The position numbers and the translations under genes were made by a program. Source: Tubulanus polymorphus (lineage: Eukaryota; Animalia; Nemertea). Taken from it: a DNA stretch of 64,000 nt. Below are positions 38,523 through 50,040 of the stretch, piece by piece. Under the pieces are notes generated by a model that searched no databases, was not told the DNA's origin, and saw nothing but the letters and a program-made list of their open reading frames with translations. The stretch is taken from NCBI RefSeq assembly GCF_964204645.1, contig NC_134025.1, positions 18,513,101 to 18,577,100 of the forward strand, read 5' to 3'. Position 1 is the first letter of the stretch. Each line of letters opens with the position of its first letter.

Positions 38523-39295
38523 CTTCTATTCAGATGAATTTAATGTTTGCAGCCACCACTAGGAGCGCTAGTGTTCGGTCACCTAGGCTAAAGGCGAAAT
38601 GAGAAGAAAATCGTCTAAAATCGACAGTTTGAGTAAAATTTAACGAAATAAACGAACTATAAACCATAAGGAGCCACCGGGCACTGAATATTGAAGTATT
38701 GTATGATTTTTCAGTACATGAATGTACAGTTATATGCCTTTGATTCGTAAAAAAATTTCTTTAAATAAGATATATCGGTAATGCAATAACAAATGCTGTT
38801 ACAGGCCATAGATGGCAGCACTATACAGTCATTTCTTATCAGATGATTTTTTTGGAAACTACCTATTATTATAATCTTGAAGATATAAAGGAGTTATCAA
38901 TATAAGTTAGAACGATAAATGATACCAATAAAACGAGAAAATAACAGAATTATGACTGTAAAACTGTACATGTTGAGATTCTATCACGAAGCTGTGGTAA
39001 GCGAGTATACGTATTGCGTAGATTCTCATGTGATGGATTAGACTTCTCTGATAAAATCGTCAAAAAGAGATACGAAACCAATTGAAAATAAAGTTTTGAG
39101 CATTTCAAAAAAAATAAAACACTTGGAACCTTCTATAATTTGGAGTTTGCAAGAGTAGGGGAACTCTGTTTAAATGTAGTTCTAGGATCAATACAAAAGT
39201 CGCCCACATTTCAATGCATTTTCCCTTTGAGGTAGGTGACCCAACACTAGCACCACGTACGGCGGTGGCTAACATTAAAAACATCTGAATAGAAG
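38523..39295. mobile_element. MITE with ~65-bp imperfect TIRs and probable TA TSD
   Basis: TA-CTTCTATTCAGATG...CATCTGAATAGAAG-TA. Absent from the paralogous intron at about 18180. Confidence 0.85.
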
Positions 39296-39459
39296 TATTG
39301 GAAACAAGCAAAAATCTATTTTCAACCGGTGAGATATTTCAGATAAATTTCTTATATCGAGGTAACAAGTTTATATTACCATTTTCAGAATAGAGACCCT
39401 ATTATTCATTATATATATGAATTAGTCAAAGAAAGTTTAAGGATTGTAAGTTTGTTTAC

Positions 39460-39757
39460 CTGATCCTGGTTCTTGTTGAAAGCTCCTTTCATCAATACTC
39501 TCTTTAGTAGAAGCAAAATCTAAGGCAGTGGACATTGTTTGACTTTCTGATTTTTCACAGGGTGAAACGGCAACACTAGTTTTCCCTGAAGAGCTGGATG
39601 ATACATCTTCGTTGTTCAGAGCGTTTCCATTAGAGCTATTGGTATTTGAATCCAACATCAGGCTTGATTGGAGCGATTTAGGCCCTAATCCCAATCCTGT
39701 AGGCAATAAATAGATCATTACAATTGCTGTTTCAAAATTGTATGCAGACTGCCACAT
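39460..39757 (-). CDS. Repeated exon C
   Basis: MWQSAYNFETAIVMIYLLPTGLGLGP..., 298 nt, phase-1 donor GTAAAC. The homologous acceptor reads CACTG instead of CACAG. Confidence 0.6.
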
Positions 39758-39999
39758 TCCAGATATGAAAATACCAATATTCCCAGTGAATCAACAATTG
39801 TAATAATAGCAAGTTAAAATGAAAAATAAGTAACCAAATACCCAATCAATAGAATATAGTGTAAAAGCTTTTTTGTATGGATCTACATTCACACACTAGA
39901 GGTCAAAGGATATCTTGAACAGAAAATTGGAAGTTGTGGATAGTTTAGTAAAATGAAAAAAGCCCCCGCCCCTGGGAGGCTGGGTTCAATGTTGCTTAA

Positions 40000-40275
40000 C
40001 CCTTTCAGTGCTGACTAATTAATACCCTATAGTGCTGGAGATAATTGGAATTAAAAAAAAAATTCCACCCTAGTGTGTTGAATAACAGGAATACCACTAT
40101 AGTGCGTGTACACCGCCACGCAGCGTATCGTTAGTTACTAGTATTTCACTATGTTTGACAGGAGCTGCCATTTTTCAAGAGAGATAATTACTAATTACAT
40201 CAATACACCACAGTGTGGTGTATTAGCAAAATCAGTCACTGATTTAGACACCGCATTGTAGACGCACTGAAAGGG
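40000..40275. mobile_element. piggyBac-type MITE, inverted relative to 37895-38165
   Basis: TTAA-CCCTTTCAGTGC...GCACTGAAAGGG-TTAA. The internal sequence is the reverse-complement homolog. Confidence 0.9.
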
Positions 40276-41504
40276 TTAAGTTAAGAAGTAGATTTTCTTG
40301 CTTTTTCATGAACTCGAAGTACGTCGAATATACCTGTCAGTCATTTATCCATTTCTTAATTAGGGTTTTCTGTTGCTTCACAGAAAACCCTATTGAAATT
40401 CGCGTGATTATTAGGGTTTTCTGTTATTTCACAGAAAACCCTATTGATATCCGCGTGATTATTATTATTATTATTTTCTTCCACACTATTTTTACCAAAA
40501 GAACATAGGCTTTGTTACCTTACCGCTGTTTCATATACAATCCATATAATATCGTTCAGCTCACTGAGATCTACAAATAGCCCGCGTGTTTTTTCACGAA
40601 TCATCGTTACAAAAGCGCTGTCGGGCCATAAACATCGAAAATTTAGCCCCATTTAATGGGGCGACATGTTTTTCGAGTCGTCATCCCAAAAATAAACCCG
40701 CAGGCCAACTGTCACTTCGATTATCAATTCAAGTATAAATGAACTAATTTATTGCCGCAGACTTCACATTCAGTCACGGTCTTCAAACAGTGATTTTAAC
40801 AATAGCCCATTTTCCTCATCAAATCATATTACACTGGAAATTTACTACTTTAGATTTTAAAAAAACTGTCGAGCCGTAAACATCGACGAATCGACATGTG
40901 TTACTACATCGTCGTTCCGGGGATCAGCTGCGAGTTTCTCCTCATCATGAGAATCAAATCGAGTACAAATTAATTTATAACTACCAGTGATTTGGCTGCT
41001 GGTTTCAAGCAGTTAGTTTAGCAATACCTATTTTTCTTTACCAAATTAACCGTGTATTTACTAAGATAAATCATAAGAGTACCGGGGAGTCATAGGCCTA
41101 AACTAAACACGCCGAAGAGATATAGCGGAGAAAAGCTGTTATGTCGACGAGGTATCAAAATAAAGATATATATTACTTTATTCGGCCGCGGGCTTCAACC
41201 TCTATATCAATACCATCAATACTCTATATTTCCTACAGTACATACCGATCATTGTCAAATCCACAAGGTATTTACTAAATACAAGTATACAACACACTCC
41301 TATCCGTATGCTGGACACACACTTGACATTCGGAGTAAGTGTTCGCTGTGGAGGAAAGGATATCGTTCGCTGTGTCGCTTGAAGTGTTTATCGAGTTTTA
41401 CGCGACCTTAGGGCTTTAGTATGGTGGCTGATAAGATAAAAAAACACGAATATGCAAATGAGGGCGACATAACGACAAAACTAAAATAACGCGAGAAAAC
41501 AACG

Positions 41505-44500
41505 ATTTTGATTTTGTCGCCCGCAACAATTCAATATTTTGGTTTTGTCGCCCGCGAAAAATTCAATATTTTGACTTTATCGCCCACGACAATTCATTAC
41601 ATTGGTTTTATCGCCAGCGACAATTCATTATTTTGGTTTTGTCGCCCGCGAAAATCCTTCTTTTTAGTTTTGTCACCCGCGACAATTCATTATTTTGGTT
41701 TTATATTTTGTTTTTGTCGCCCGACAATTTTTTTTTTGGTTTTGTCGCCCGCGACGATTCAATACTTTGGTTTTATCACCCGCGACAATTCAATATTTTG
41801 GTTTTATCGCCCGCAACAATTCATTATTTTGGTTTTGTCACCCGACAATTCTTTTTTTGGTTTTGTCGCCCGCGACAATTCATTAGTTTGATTTTGTCGC
41901 CCGCGACAATTCAATATTTTGGTTTAATCGCCCGCAACAATTCATTATTTTGGTTTTGTCGCCCCGACAATTCTTTTTTTGGTTTTGTCGCCCGCGACAA
42001 TTCATTAGTTTGATTTTGTCGCCCGCGACAATTCAATATTTTGGTTTTGTCGCCCGCGACAATTCAATATTTTGGTTTTATCGCCCGCGACAATTCATTA
42101 CTTTGGTTTTATCTCCAGCGACAATTCAATATTTTGGTTTTATAGCCCGCGATAATTCATTATTTTGGTTTTATCGCCCGCGACAATTCATTATTTTGGT
42201 TTTGTGGCACGAGACAATTCATTATTTTGGTATTGTCGCCAGCGACAATTCATTACTTTGGTTTTGTCGCACGTGACAATTCAATATTTTGTTTTTGTCG
42301 CCCGAGACAATTCATTATTTTGGTTTTATTGCCCACGACAATTCATTACTTTGGTTTTATCGCCAGCGACAATTCATTATTTTGGTTTTGTCGCCCGCGA
42401 CAATTCATTATTTTGGTTTTATATTTTGTTTTTGTCGCCCGCGACAATTCAATATTTTGGTTTTATCGCCCGCGAAAATTCATTATTTTGGTTTTATTGC
42501 CCGAGACAATTCATTATTTTGGTTTTATCGCCCGCGACAATTCATTATTACGGTTTTATCGCCCCCGACAATTCATTATTTTAGTTTGTCGCCCGCAACA
42601 ATTCACCATTTTGGTTTTGTCGCCCGCGACAATTCATTATTTTGGTTTTATCGCCCGCGACAATTCATTATTTTGGTTTTATCGCCCGCGAAAATTCATT
42701 ATTTTGGTTTTGTTGCCCGAGACAATTCATTATTTTGGTTTTATCGCCCTCGACAATTCTTCTTTTTAGTTTTGTCGCCCGAGACAATTCATTATTTTGG
42801 TTTTATATTTTGTTTTTGTCGCCCGCGACAATTTTTTTTTGGTTTTGTTGCCCTCGACAATTCATTATTTTGGTTTTGTCGCACGTGACAATTCATTATT
42901 TTGGTTTTATCGCCCACGACAGGTCGTTACTTTGGTTTTATCGTCAGCGACAATTCATTATTTTGGTTTTGTCGCCCGCGACAATTCATTATTTTGGTTT
43001 TGTCGCACATGAAAATTCATTATTTTGGTTTTGTTGCCCGAGACAATTCATTATTTTGGTTTTATCGCCCGCGACAATTCATTATTACGGTTTTATCGCC
43101 CGCGACAATTCATTATTTTGGTTTGTCGCCCGCAACAATTCACCATTTTGGTTTTGTCGCCCGCGACAATTCATTATTTTGGTTTTATCGCCCGCGACAA
43201 TTCATTATTTTGGTTTTATCGCCCGCGACAATTCATTATTTTGGTTTTATCGCCCGCGACAATTCATTATTTTGGTTTTATCGCCCGCGACAATTCATTA
43301 TTTTGGTTTTGTCGCCCGACAATTCTTTTTTTGGTTTTTCTCGCCCGCGACAATTCATTAGTTTGGTTTTGTCGCCCGCGACAATTCAATATTTTGGTTT
43401 TATCGCCCACGACAATTCATTACTTTGGTTTTATCTCCAGCGACAATTCATTATTTTGGTTTTGTCGCCCGCGACAATTCATTATTTTGGTTTTGTCGCA
43501 CGCGACAATTCTTCTTTTTGGTTTTGTCGCCCGAGACAATTCATTATTGTGGTTTTATATTTTGTTTTTGTCGCCCGCGACAATTTTTTTTTTGGTTTTG
43601 TTGCCCGCGACAATTCATCGTTTTGGTTTAATTGCCCGCGACAATTCATAATTTTGGTTTTATCCCCCGCGACATTTCATTATTACGGTTTTATTGCCCG
43701 CGACAATTCATTATTTTGGTTTTGTCGCATGTGACAATTCATTATTTTGGTTTTGTCGCACGTGACAATTCATTATTTTGGTTTTATCGCCCACGACAAT
43801 TCATTACTTTGGTTTTATCGTCAGCGACAATTCATTATTTTGGTTTTGTCGCCCGCGACAATTCATTATTTTGGTTTTATCTTCTGTTTTTGTCGCCGGC
43901 GACAATTTTTTTTTTTTGGTTTTGTCGCCCGCAACAATTCAATATTTTGGTTTTGTCGCCCGAGACAATTCATTATTTTGGTTTTATATTTCGTTTTTGT
44001 CGTCCGCGACAAATTTTTTTTTGGTTTTGTCGCCCGCGACAATTCATTATTTTGGTTTTGTCGCACATGACAATTCATTATTTTGGTTTTATCGCCCACG
44101 ACAATTCATTATTTTGGTTTTGTCGCTCGTGACAATTCAATATTTTGGTTTTATCACCTGCGACAATTCATTAGCTTGGTTTTGTCGCCCGCGACAATTC
44201 TTTTTCAGTCCACTTGGGACTTTAGTCCCAGCGGGCTATTGCGTTCACGGCCCATCAACATAAGAAAATTGGGTCGATCTGACTCAAGATGGCCGTCCTA
44301 TGACCGTTTTAGTGCCCAAAAATGTCAATTTGGTTTGCCATTTCTCATTGCAATTGCTGATGGGTATTCTTTAGAGAGGGATGTTTTATACCTGGGACAG
44401 GTATTTTGATCAGCCAATTATGACGCAATTGGCGGCCATCTTGGTGTCATCAGTACTCATTCGTAGGTGGGAAAAAGTTTTTCCACATTAAATTGATACC

Positions 44501-45545
44501 TAAGCATATTGTGTTACTATATTCAATTGGAAAGTTGTAGCCCATAACGTGTTCTATGATTTTGGTGAGTTTCAAGGTCATTGGTTTTTGTATGTGGCCA
44601 TCAGGGGGCGTTGAATAATACAATAACTTAGTATCGCTATATTATATTTGAACCAAGGCATAGTTTGTTACCATGATCAATTGCAAAGTTGTAGTTCATG
44701 ACATCTTCTATGATTGTGGTGAGTTTTTAAGGACATTAGTTATTCCATATAGACACCAGGGGGCGTTGAATAGTAGAAAAGCTTAGTTTTTCCTTATTAG
44801 ATTGGTACCTAGGCATAGTTTGTTACCATGATCCATTGCAAAGTTGTAGTTCATGACATCGTCTATGATTGTGGTGAGTTTTTAAGGACATTAGTTATTC
44901 CATATAGTCACCAGGGGGCGCTGAATAGTAGAATGACTTAGTATTTCCTTATTAGATTGGTACCTAGGCATATTTTGTTACTATGATCAATTGCAAAGTT
45001 GTATTTCTTGACATGTACTACGGTTGTGGTGAGTTTTAAGGTCATTGGGTTTTGCATATGGTCACCAGGGGGCGTTGAATAGTAGAATAACTTAGTGTTT
45101 CCATATTAAATTGGTAACGAGGGATATTTTGTTATCACAATCAATTACAAAATCAAAGCTGCTCACATGTTCTATGATTGTGGTGGGTTTCAAGTTCATT
45201 GGTTTTTGTATATGGTCACTAGAGGGCGTTATGTATTGAAATTGTTAGATTGTTGAGCATTTGAAACCACTTCCCAAGTGAGCATCGTGTCCCTGGACCC
45301 CTAGTTTGGTTTTGTCGCCCGCGACAATTCATTATTTTAGTTTTGTCGCACGCAACAATTCAATATTTTGTTTTTGCCGTCCGCGACAATTCATTATTTT
45401 GGTTTTATCGCCCACGAAAATTCATTATTTTGGTTTTATCGCCCGCGACAATTCATTATTTTTGTTTTGTCGCCCGTGACAATTCAATATTTTGGTTTTG
45501 TCACCCACGACAAATCATAATTTTGGTTTTGTCGCCCGTGGTTTT
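41505..45545. repeat. 31-bp satellite TTTTGGTTTTRTCGCCCGCGACAATTCATTA (41505-44204 and 45305-45545)
   Basis: Roughly 90 tandem units with the palindromic core TTGTCGC-cc-GCGACAA, split by a HINE-A insertion. Confidence 0.97.
44205..45306 (+). mobile_element. HINE family A, copy 3 (opposite orientation)
   Basis: Starts with the TGGGACTTTAGTCCCA hairpin, has five 154-bp units and ends GGACCCCTAGTT. Inserted in a T-run of the satellite. Confidence 0.88.
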
Positions 45546-45654
45546 GTCGGAACATTAAGTTTTTTGGTCGAACAGTGTGTTAAGGTCGTTTGGGAAATTT
45601 ACTCGGTCTGGTATATTTTGGATTACTGTGTATGTCATTTGTCAGGACATTAAA

Positions 45655-45870
45655 CAGAAGACGACTTAGGATACTACCTTGCGTTACTCCACTAGTTAGA
45701 CCGTCTCATTCCAAGATGAGGTGTTCCGTTGATTTCGGTTACAAGTTTCCGTTCAGTGATAACTGCTGAGCCATTTGGGCGACCTATCATTGATGCTGTT
45801 TCCTAATAGCCTGTTTAGTAATGGCTGATGTTGAGCCTTATCAAATGCTTTGTTGAAATCCACCGTTGAA
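45655..45870 (-). pseudogene. CR1/L2 RT fragment, paralog of about 9030-9240
   Basis: AGAAGACGACTTAGGATACTACCTTG...CCACTAGTTAGACCG is shared, and the DFNKAFDK motif is present. Confidence 0.75.
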
Positions 45871-46811
45871 CAGGATTCTAAGACTGTGCAGAAAAGCCGT
45901 TATCGCTGCTTTGCAGCTATATTTATTATTATTTTTTTCCCTTTTCCACATAGTTTTTGTTAAAAGTGTAAAGACTTCCTTACCTTACCGCTGTCGCCGA
46001 TACAATTCGTATCATATCCTTCAGCTCACTTCAATCTCCAGGTACTGCATGGGAATTTTGATGAATCCACGTTATAGAGGCACTGTCGAGCCATAAACAT
46101 CGGAAATTTGGCTCCGTTCAATTAGTAGCCATGTTGTGTTTTCTTTCCGAAATTTCTCTCTTCTTTATGAGGAAGAGCTATCGAATTATTCCCTCTCTTC
46201 TCCACAATCAATTTCAAAGTCAATTTTATGGATTTATTGCTCAGCGGGTTCGAGTCCAAGAATTTACGAGTCCAGCATTCGCGTGTCTGACAGGTTTACG
46301 GGCATTTGTTTGTTACCACTTTAATATTTTTGATTTCTTGTTATTCCGGTTATTTCAGTATATTGCTGATCAGTTCATGTAACCAAAAGCGTCAATAAAT
46401 AGATTTTGAATTGATCAATTTTAAATCAAGGTCGTTGAGTCGCGGAGGGCTGCTAGAATTACGTTCGTCTCAGAGAGAAAACAAATGACAGAAAAGTATC
46501 AGGTGATTATTGATAGCCTACTACGGTACACACAGTTGACAAACAGTGTTAGGCCTGTGCCGGTTGGTGCGTACTGGGAATAAATATACTGGTTGGTCAG
46601 TTGGTTCGGTTGTGAAGTGTGGAAGCTAAGAAAGCCTACCGCAGTACCGGTATATATTTGTCTATAGGCCTGTCATATAGTAGCCAATACCAGTAAGTAC
46701 GTAGTTGTTACTCGTATGTGACTGTATGGTGATCTCCACAGGTTAACCATACGTGAGTTCCCTACTAACGCCGTACGTGAGTTCCTAGTAGCCAATACCA
46801 TTTTTTAAGTA

Positions 46812-47125
46812 CGAAGTTGTTACCCGTACGTGCCAGTGACTGTACGGTGATATCCACAGGTTAACCGTACGTGAACTCCCTAAAAAGGCCGTGAGTTCCT
46901 ATAATCTGAAAACGTGCATGCGTGAAAGAATAGAGTTTGGGTTAGGTGAGGCTAGGCTATTTGTAAATCAAATTTCATCCACCCTGCAGTTACGTTCTGT
47001 GGACTACAACTAGATTTTTTTTCGTTGGGTTTCGAATCCCAATATTGCAAGTCTGAGCGTCAACATACTCACATACGGCTAACCTGTAGAAATCACTGTA
47101 CAGTCACGTACAGGTAACAACAGCG
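46812..47125. mobile_element. Mutator-like MITE
   Basis: Long TIRs CG..GTTGTTAC..TACGTG and a 9-bp TSD TTTTAAGTA (46803, 47126). The left end is duplicated at about 46680-46790. Confidence 0.82.
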
Positions 47126-47326
47126 TTTTAAGTACCGGGTATTAAGTGAGTACGACAAGCCTACCATGCCTATGTACTACAAACACAACTTTTTCCCTCT
47201 CGTCGGCCCTACAGTGATGTTACTATAACTGGTGCAATTATAACATGGATAGGATTTGGCCAGGACTAGCCTAAAGTCTAATTCAGTCTATGTACTAATT
47301 CACTCGATAGGCCTATTTTTAAAACA

Positions 47327-47489
47327 GGGATCATTCATTTATTACGTACGCATAAAATTTGATTATTTCAACCCCCTCTCCCTCTGTACGCAAAATCAGC
47401 CATTTTTTCATGTACATTAAGCATTACAGTACGTAATTGCCCTGACCCCTCCCCCTCCCCTCATGCGTACATAATAAATGAATGATCCC
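47327..47489. mobile_element. PIF/Harbinger-type MITE
   Basis: GGGATCATTCATTTATTA.GTACGCA inverted termini with 3-bp flanks ACA/ACA. Confidence 0.85.
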
Positions 47490-49699
47490 ACAATACAGTA
47501 TTCACACGCAGAAAGGCTAATTGATTTGAGCCATGTGATTAAATTTGGCCAGGCCTTCTCTGACCTGCTGACATTAATAGTCAATGTGGTCACGGCTTGT
47601 ATACCAGAAATCATTGTAGGCCTGTACATTTTGCTGTTCGTAGGTTTGGTATACCGATTTCTCCATTCTTGACTGATAAGTGTACGGTACAGCGTACGCA
47701 TTATACAATTGTTCCTATGGGAATAGGGCCTATTGATTGGGCTTATTATTTCCTGCTTTAGAATACTGAAATAAGCCCAATGCTCATTCAAATATCCACC
47801 ATCAGTGAAAGTTTGATTACTGTATACATGTACTGTAGGTTTTCATGTTGTATGAATATTTTGCAGTTCAAATGGGTATGATGCTGATTCCAATGTCGAA
47901 TGCATGCAGTTAGATGGTCAAGGACAGTCAACACCAAGATATCTCTCTTCGACCGATGTTGCACCATAGAAGATCTGATTCTTTCAACTCAAGGAAAGTG
48001 ATTCAACACGATCGACATAACACTGGAATAGGTTTGCAGTAACTAACGGTTCATTTCATTTAGTCCTATGTACTTTTTAGCCAATTTGGATTTGATTGTA
48101 ATTGAAACTCTGGAACAAAAGACAAGTTGAAAAAACACAAGTTATGCTTGATTCTCATGTTCAAATTTAATTCAAATTCAAATTTATTTCATTACATCAT
48201 ATTTACAAAGCATATCATTGGTTCATACAGTAATAAAAATTAGGACAGAACAAATATTATTACAGAATTTCCAAAAAGGCAATGAATTTCTATAACTAAA
48301 TGAACATTATTTTTCTTATAACTCAGATCAAGAGTGACTTTCCCGTTTATTAGGAAACACACGCAACTAGTGGAATTGGTTTGATTTACACACATGTTGC
48401 AGGTATCAATTGTTTATCACTATAGAATTTGTAATCCATAAAAGCCAAAATCAACATCAGCCGGAAACCCAGACCAGATCAATTCATAATTTATTGATTG
48501 AATCTACACTACAATATATGTATTTATTCAAATATTTCAATAAAAATATTAACTTCTTAAATCTATTCTAAATCATAATACGTTCTTATCTGTAAATTCA
48601 CTCAATCTATCGACTCAGCAGGTGCTTCAAATGAGTTCTTAATAGGACAGATCCATTTTTAAGCATGGTGATAATACAGTATCATGATGTTTGAATGCCA
48701 AAATAAATGCCTGGTCAAATAAATTAATACTTGTTGATTGTACGTCCGCGTATGTTCGGTTTCAAAGCTGATCATATTTGACGTTTACACAGTGGTAGCA
48801 TATTAGGTTCGAATCTGTCAATGCATTTTATTCTATGTATCGATATTTCAATTTACAACAATTCCCATCTTCCTGAATGGCTTTGCAGAAAACCCGTCAT
48901 CGCTGCTTCGCAGCTATATTTTAGAATTCAAATCAATTTTGAATTTTTCTAAAATTGGGGTTAACCACATTCAAAAAGAAATTTGAAGTTCCTGATGGTT
49001 TGGTAAAATGAACAATAGCACCCCCGTAAACGCTAACCCAGTTAACATTCCCTAATTCAAAATGAAAGCCATGTTGGCCATATTGGAGCAGCATATTGGA
49101 ATAAACTTTATTTTCAATACTGTAAAAACCGGGATATAAGTTGAGTTTTTAATTCCAATACCACTGAAATATTGACCTCAACTCGAAGTACAGTTTTCCA
49201 CTATGTACTTTCAGGTCAACAGAATATATTGATGAAGTTTTATTACAAATTTTACGTAACAGAAAAGACTCATCTTGTCAATTCTATAATAGTTTAAATA
49301 AACATTCGTCATAAATAATGTTATTTGATAAAAAAATCTTCTTACATTATAACACCGCTTCACTTGAAACGATGTATTCATACAGACACGCTAGAACAGC
49401 ACTTAATACAGTAGGCTATAGAGTGTGACACATATGGCAGTGTATGCCTGAGAGTGTGTAAAAGTCCATTGACACACAGCAGCAATCAGGCTGACACCCA
49501 TGCATGCGCATAATGGCACACATAAAGGTCTCCATAAGTATTGTCTAATGGTAGTCTACTAACTAGAATTAAGCCTTGCGGTCTTGAATAACCCTGCAAT
49601 ACACTCTCCCACTATGTAAGAATAAATGTCGAACACCGATAAACCTGTCTTGATTAAAAAACCTGTTAAATTTGGAAAATGGCTCTTTAGCTTTTAAGC

Positions 49700-50020
49700 C
49701 CTTGGCCCTTCGTATCTACATACCAAGTTTGGTCAAGATCGGATCATAATTGTAGGACAAGAAGCGATTTAAAGATTTTACAAGCGCCACCTGTACAGCG
49801 CCCCTAGACTTAATTGGGAAAATGGCTCCATAACTTTTTCGCATTTGGCCCATAGTATCTACATACCAAGTTCTGTCAAGATCAGAAAAGTACTGTAGCA
49901 AAAGTAGCAAATTGAAGCAAAAGTTGACGGACAGACGGATGGCCGGACAGACGGACGGACTGCGATGGATAATCCCCCTAACCCATCAGCTCTGCTGACC
50001 TTCAGTCACAGCAGAGCTAA
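49700..50020 (-). mobile_element. Terminus of another HINE-type element
   Basis: (GACG/GACA)n followed by the hairpin AGCTCTGCTG..CAGCAGAGCT-AA. Confidence 0.7.
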
Positions 50021-50040
50021 GAAGTCGAACCAGTAATAGG

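Larger units (their letters stand above)
40357..48921 (+). mobile_element. HINE family C, two head-to-tail units (junction about 45923) with nested cargo
   Basis: 5' hairpin AGGGTTTTCTG..CAGAAAACCCT (twice) plus (TTA)n. The 3' end CAGAAAA.CCGT.ATCGCTGCTT.GCAGCTATATTT occurs at 45890 and 48885. 45925-46110 repeats 40465-40660. Confidence 0.7.

Noticed and set aside
41508-44409. Many long overlapping ORFs (VLSPATIHYFGF...)
   Set aside because: Artefact of a stop-poor 31-bp repeat read in all three frames.
41505-45545. CRISPR-like array of palindromic ~31-bp repeats
   Set aside because: Units abut with no unique spacers, there are no cas genes and the context is eukaryotic; it is a satellite.
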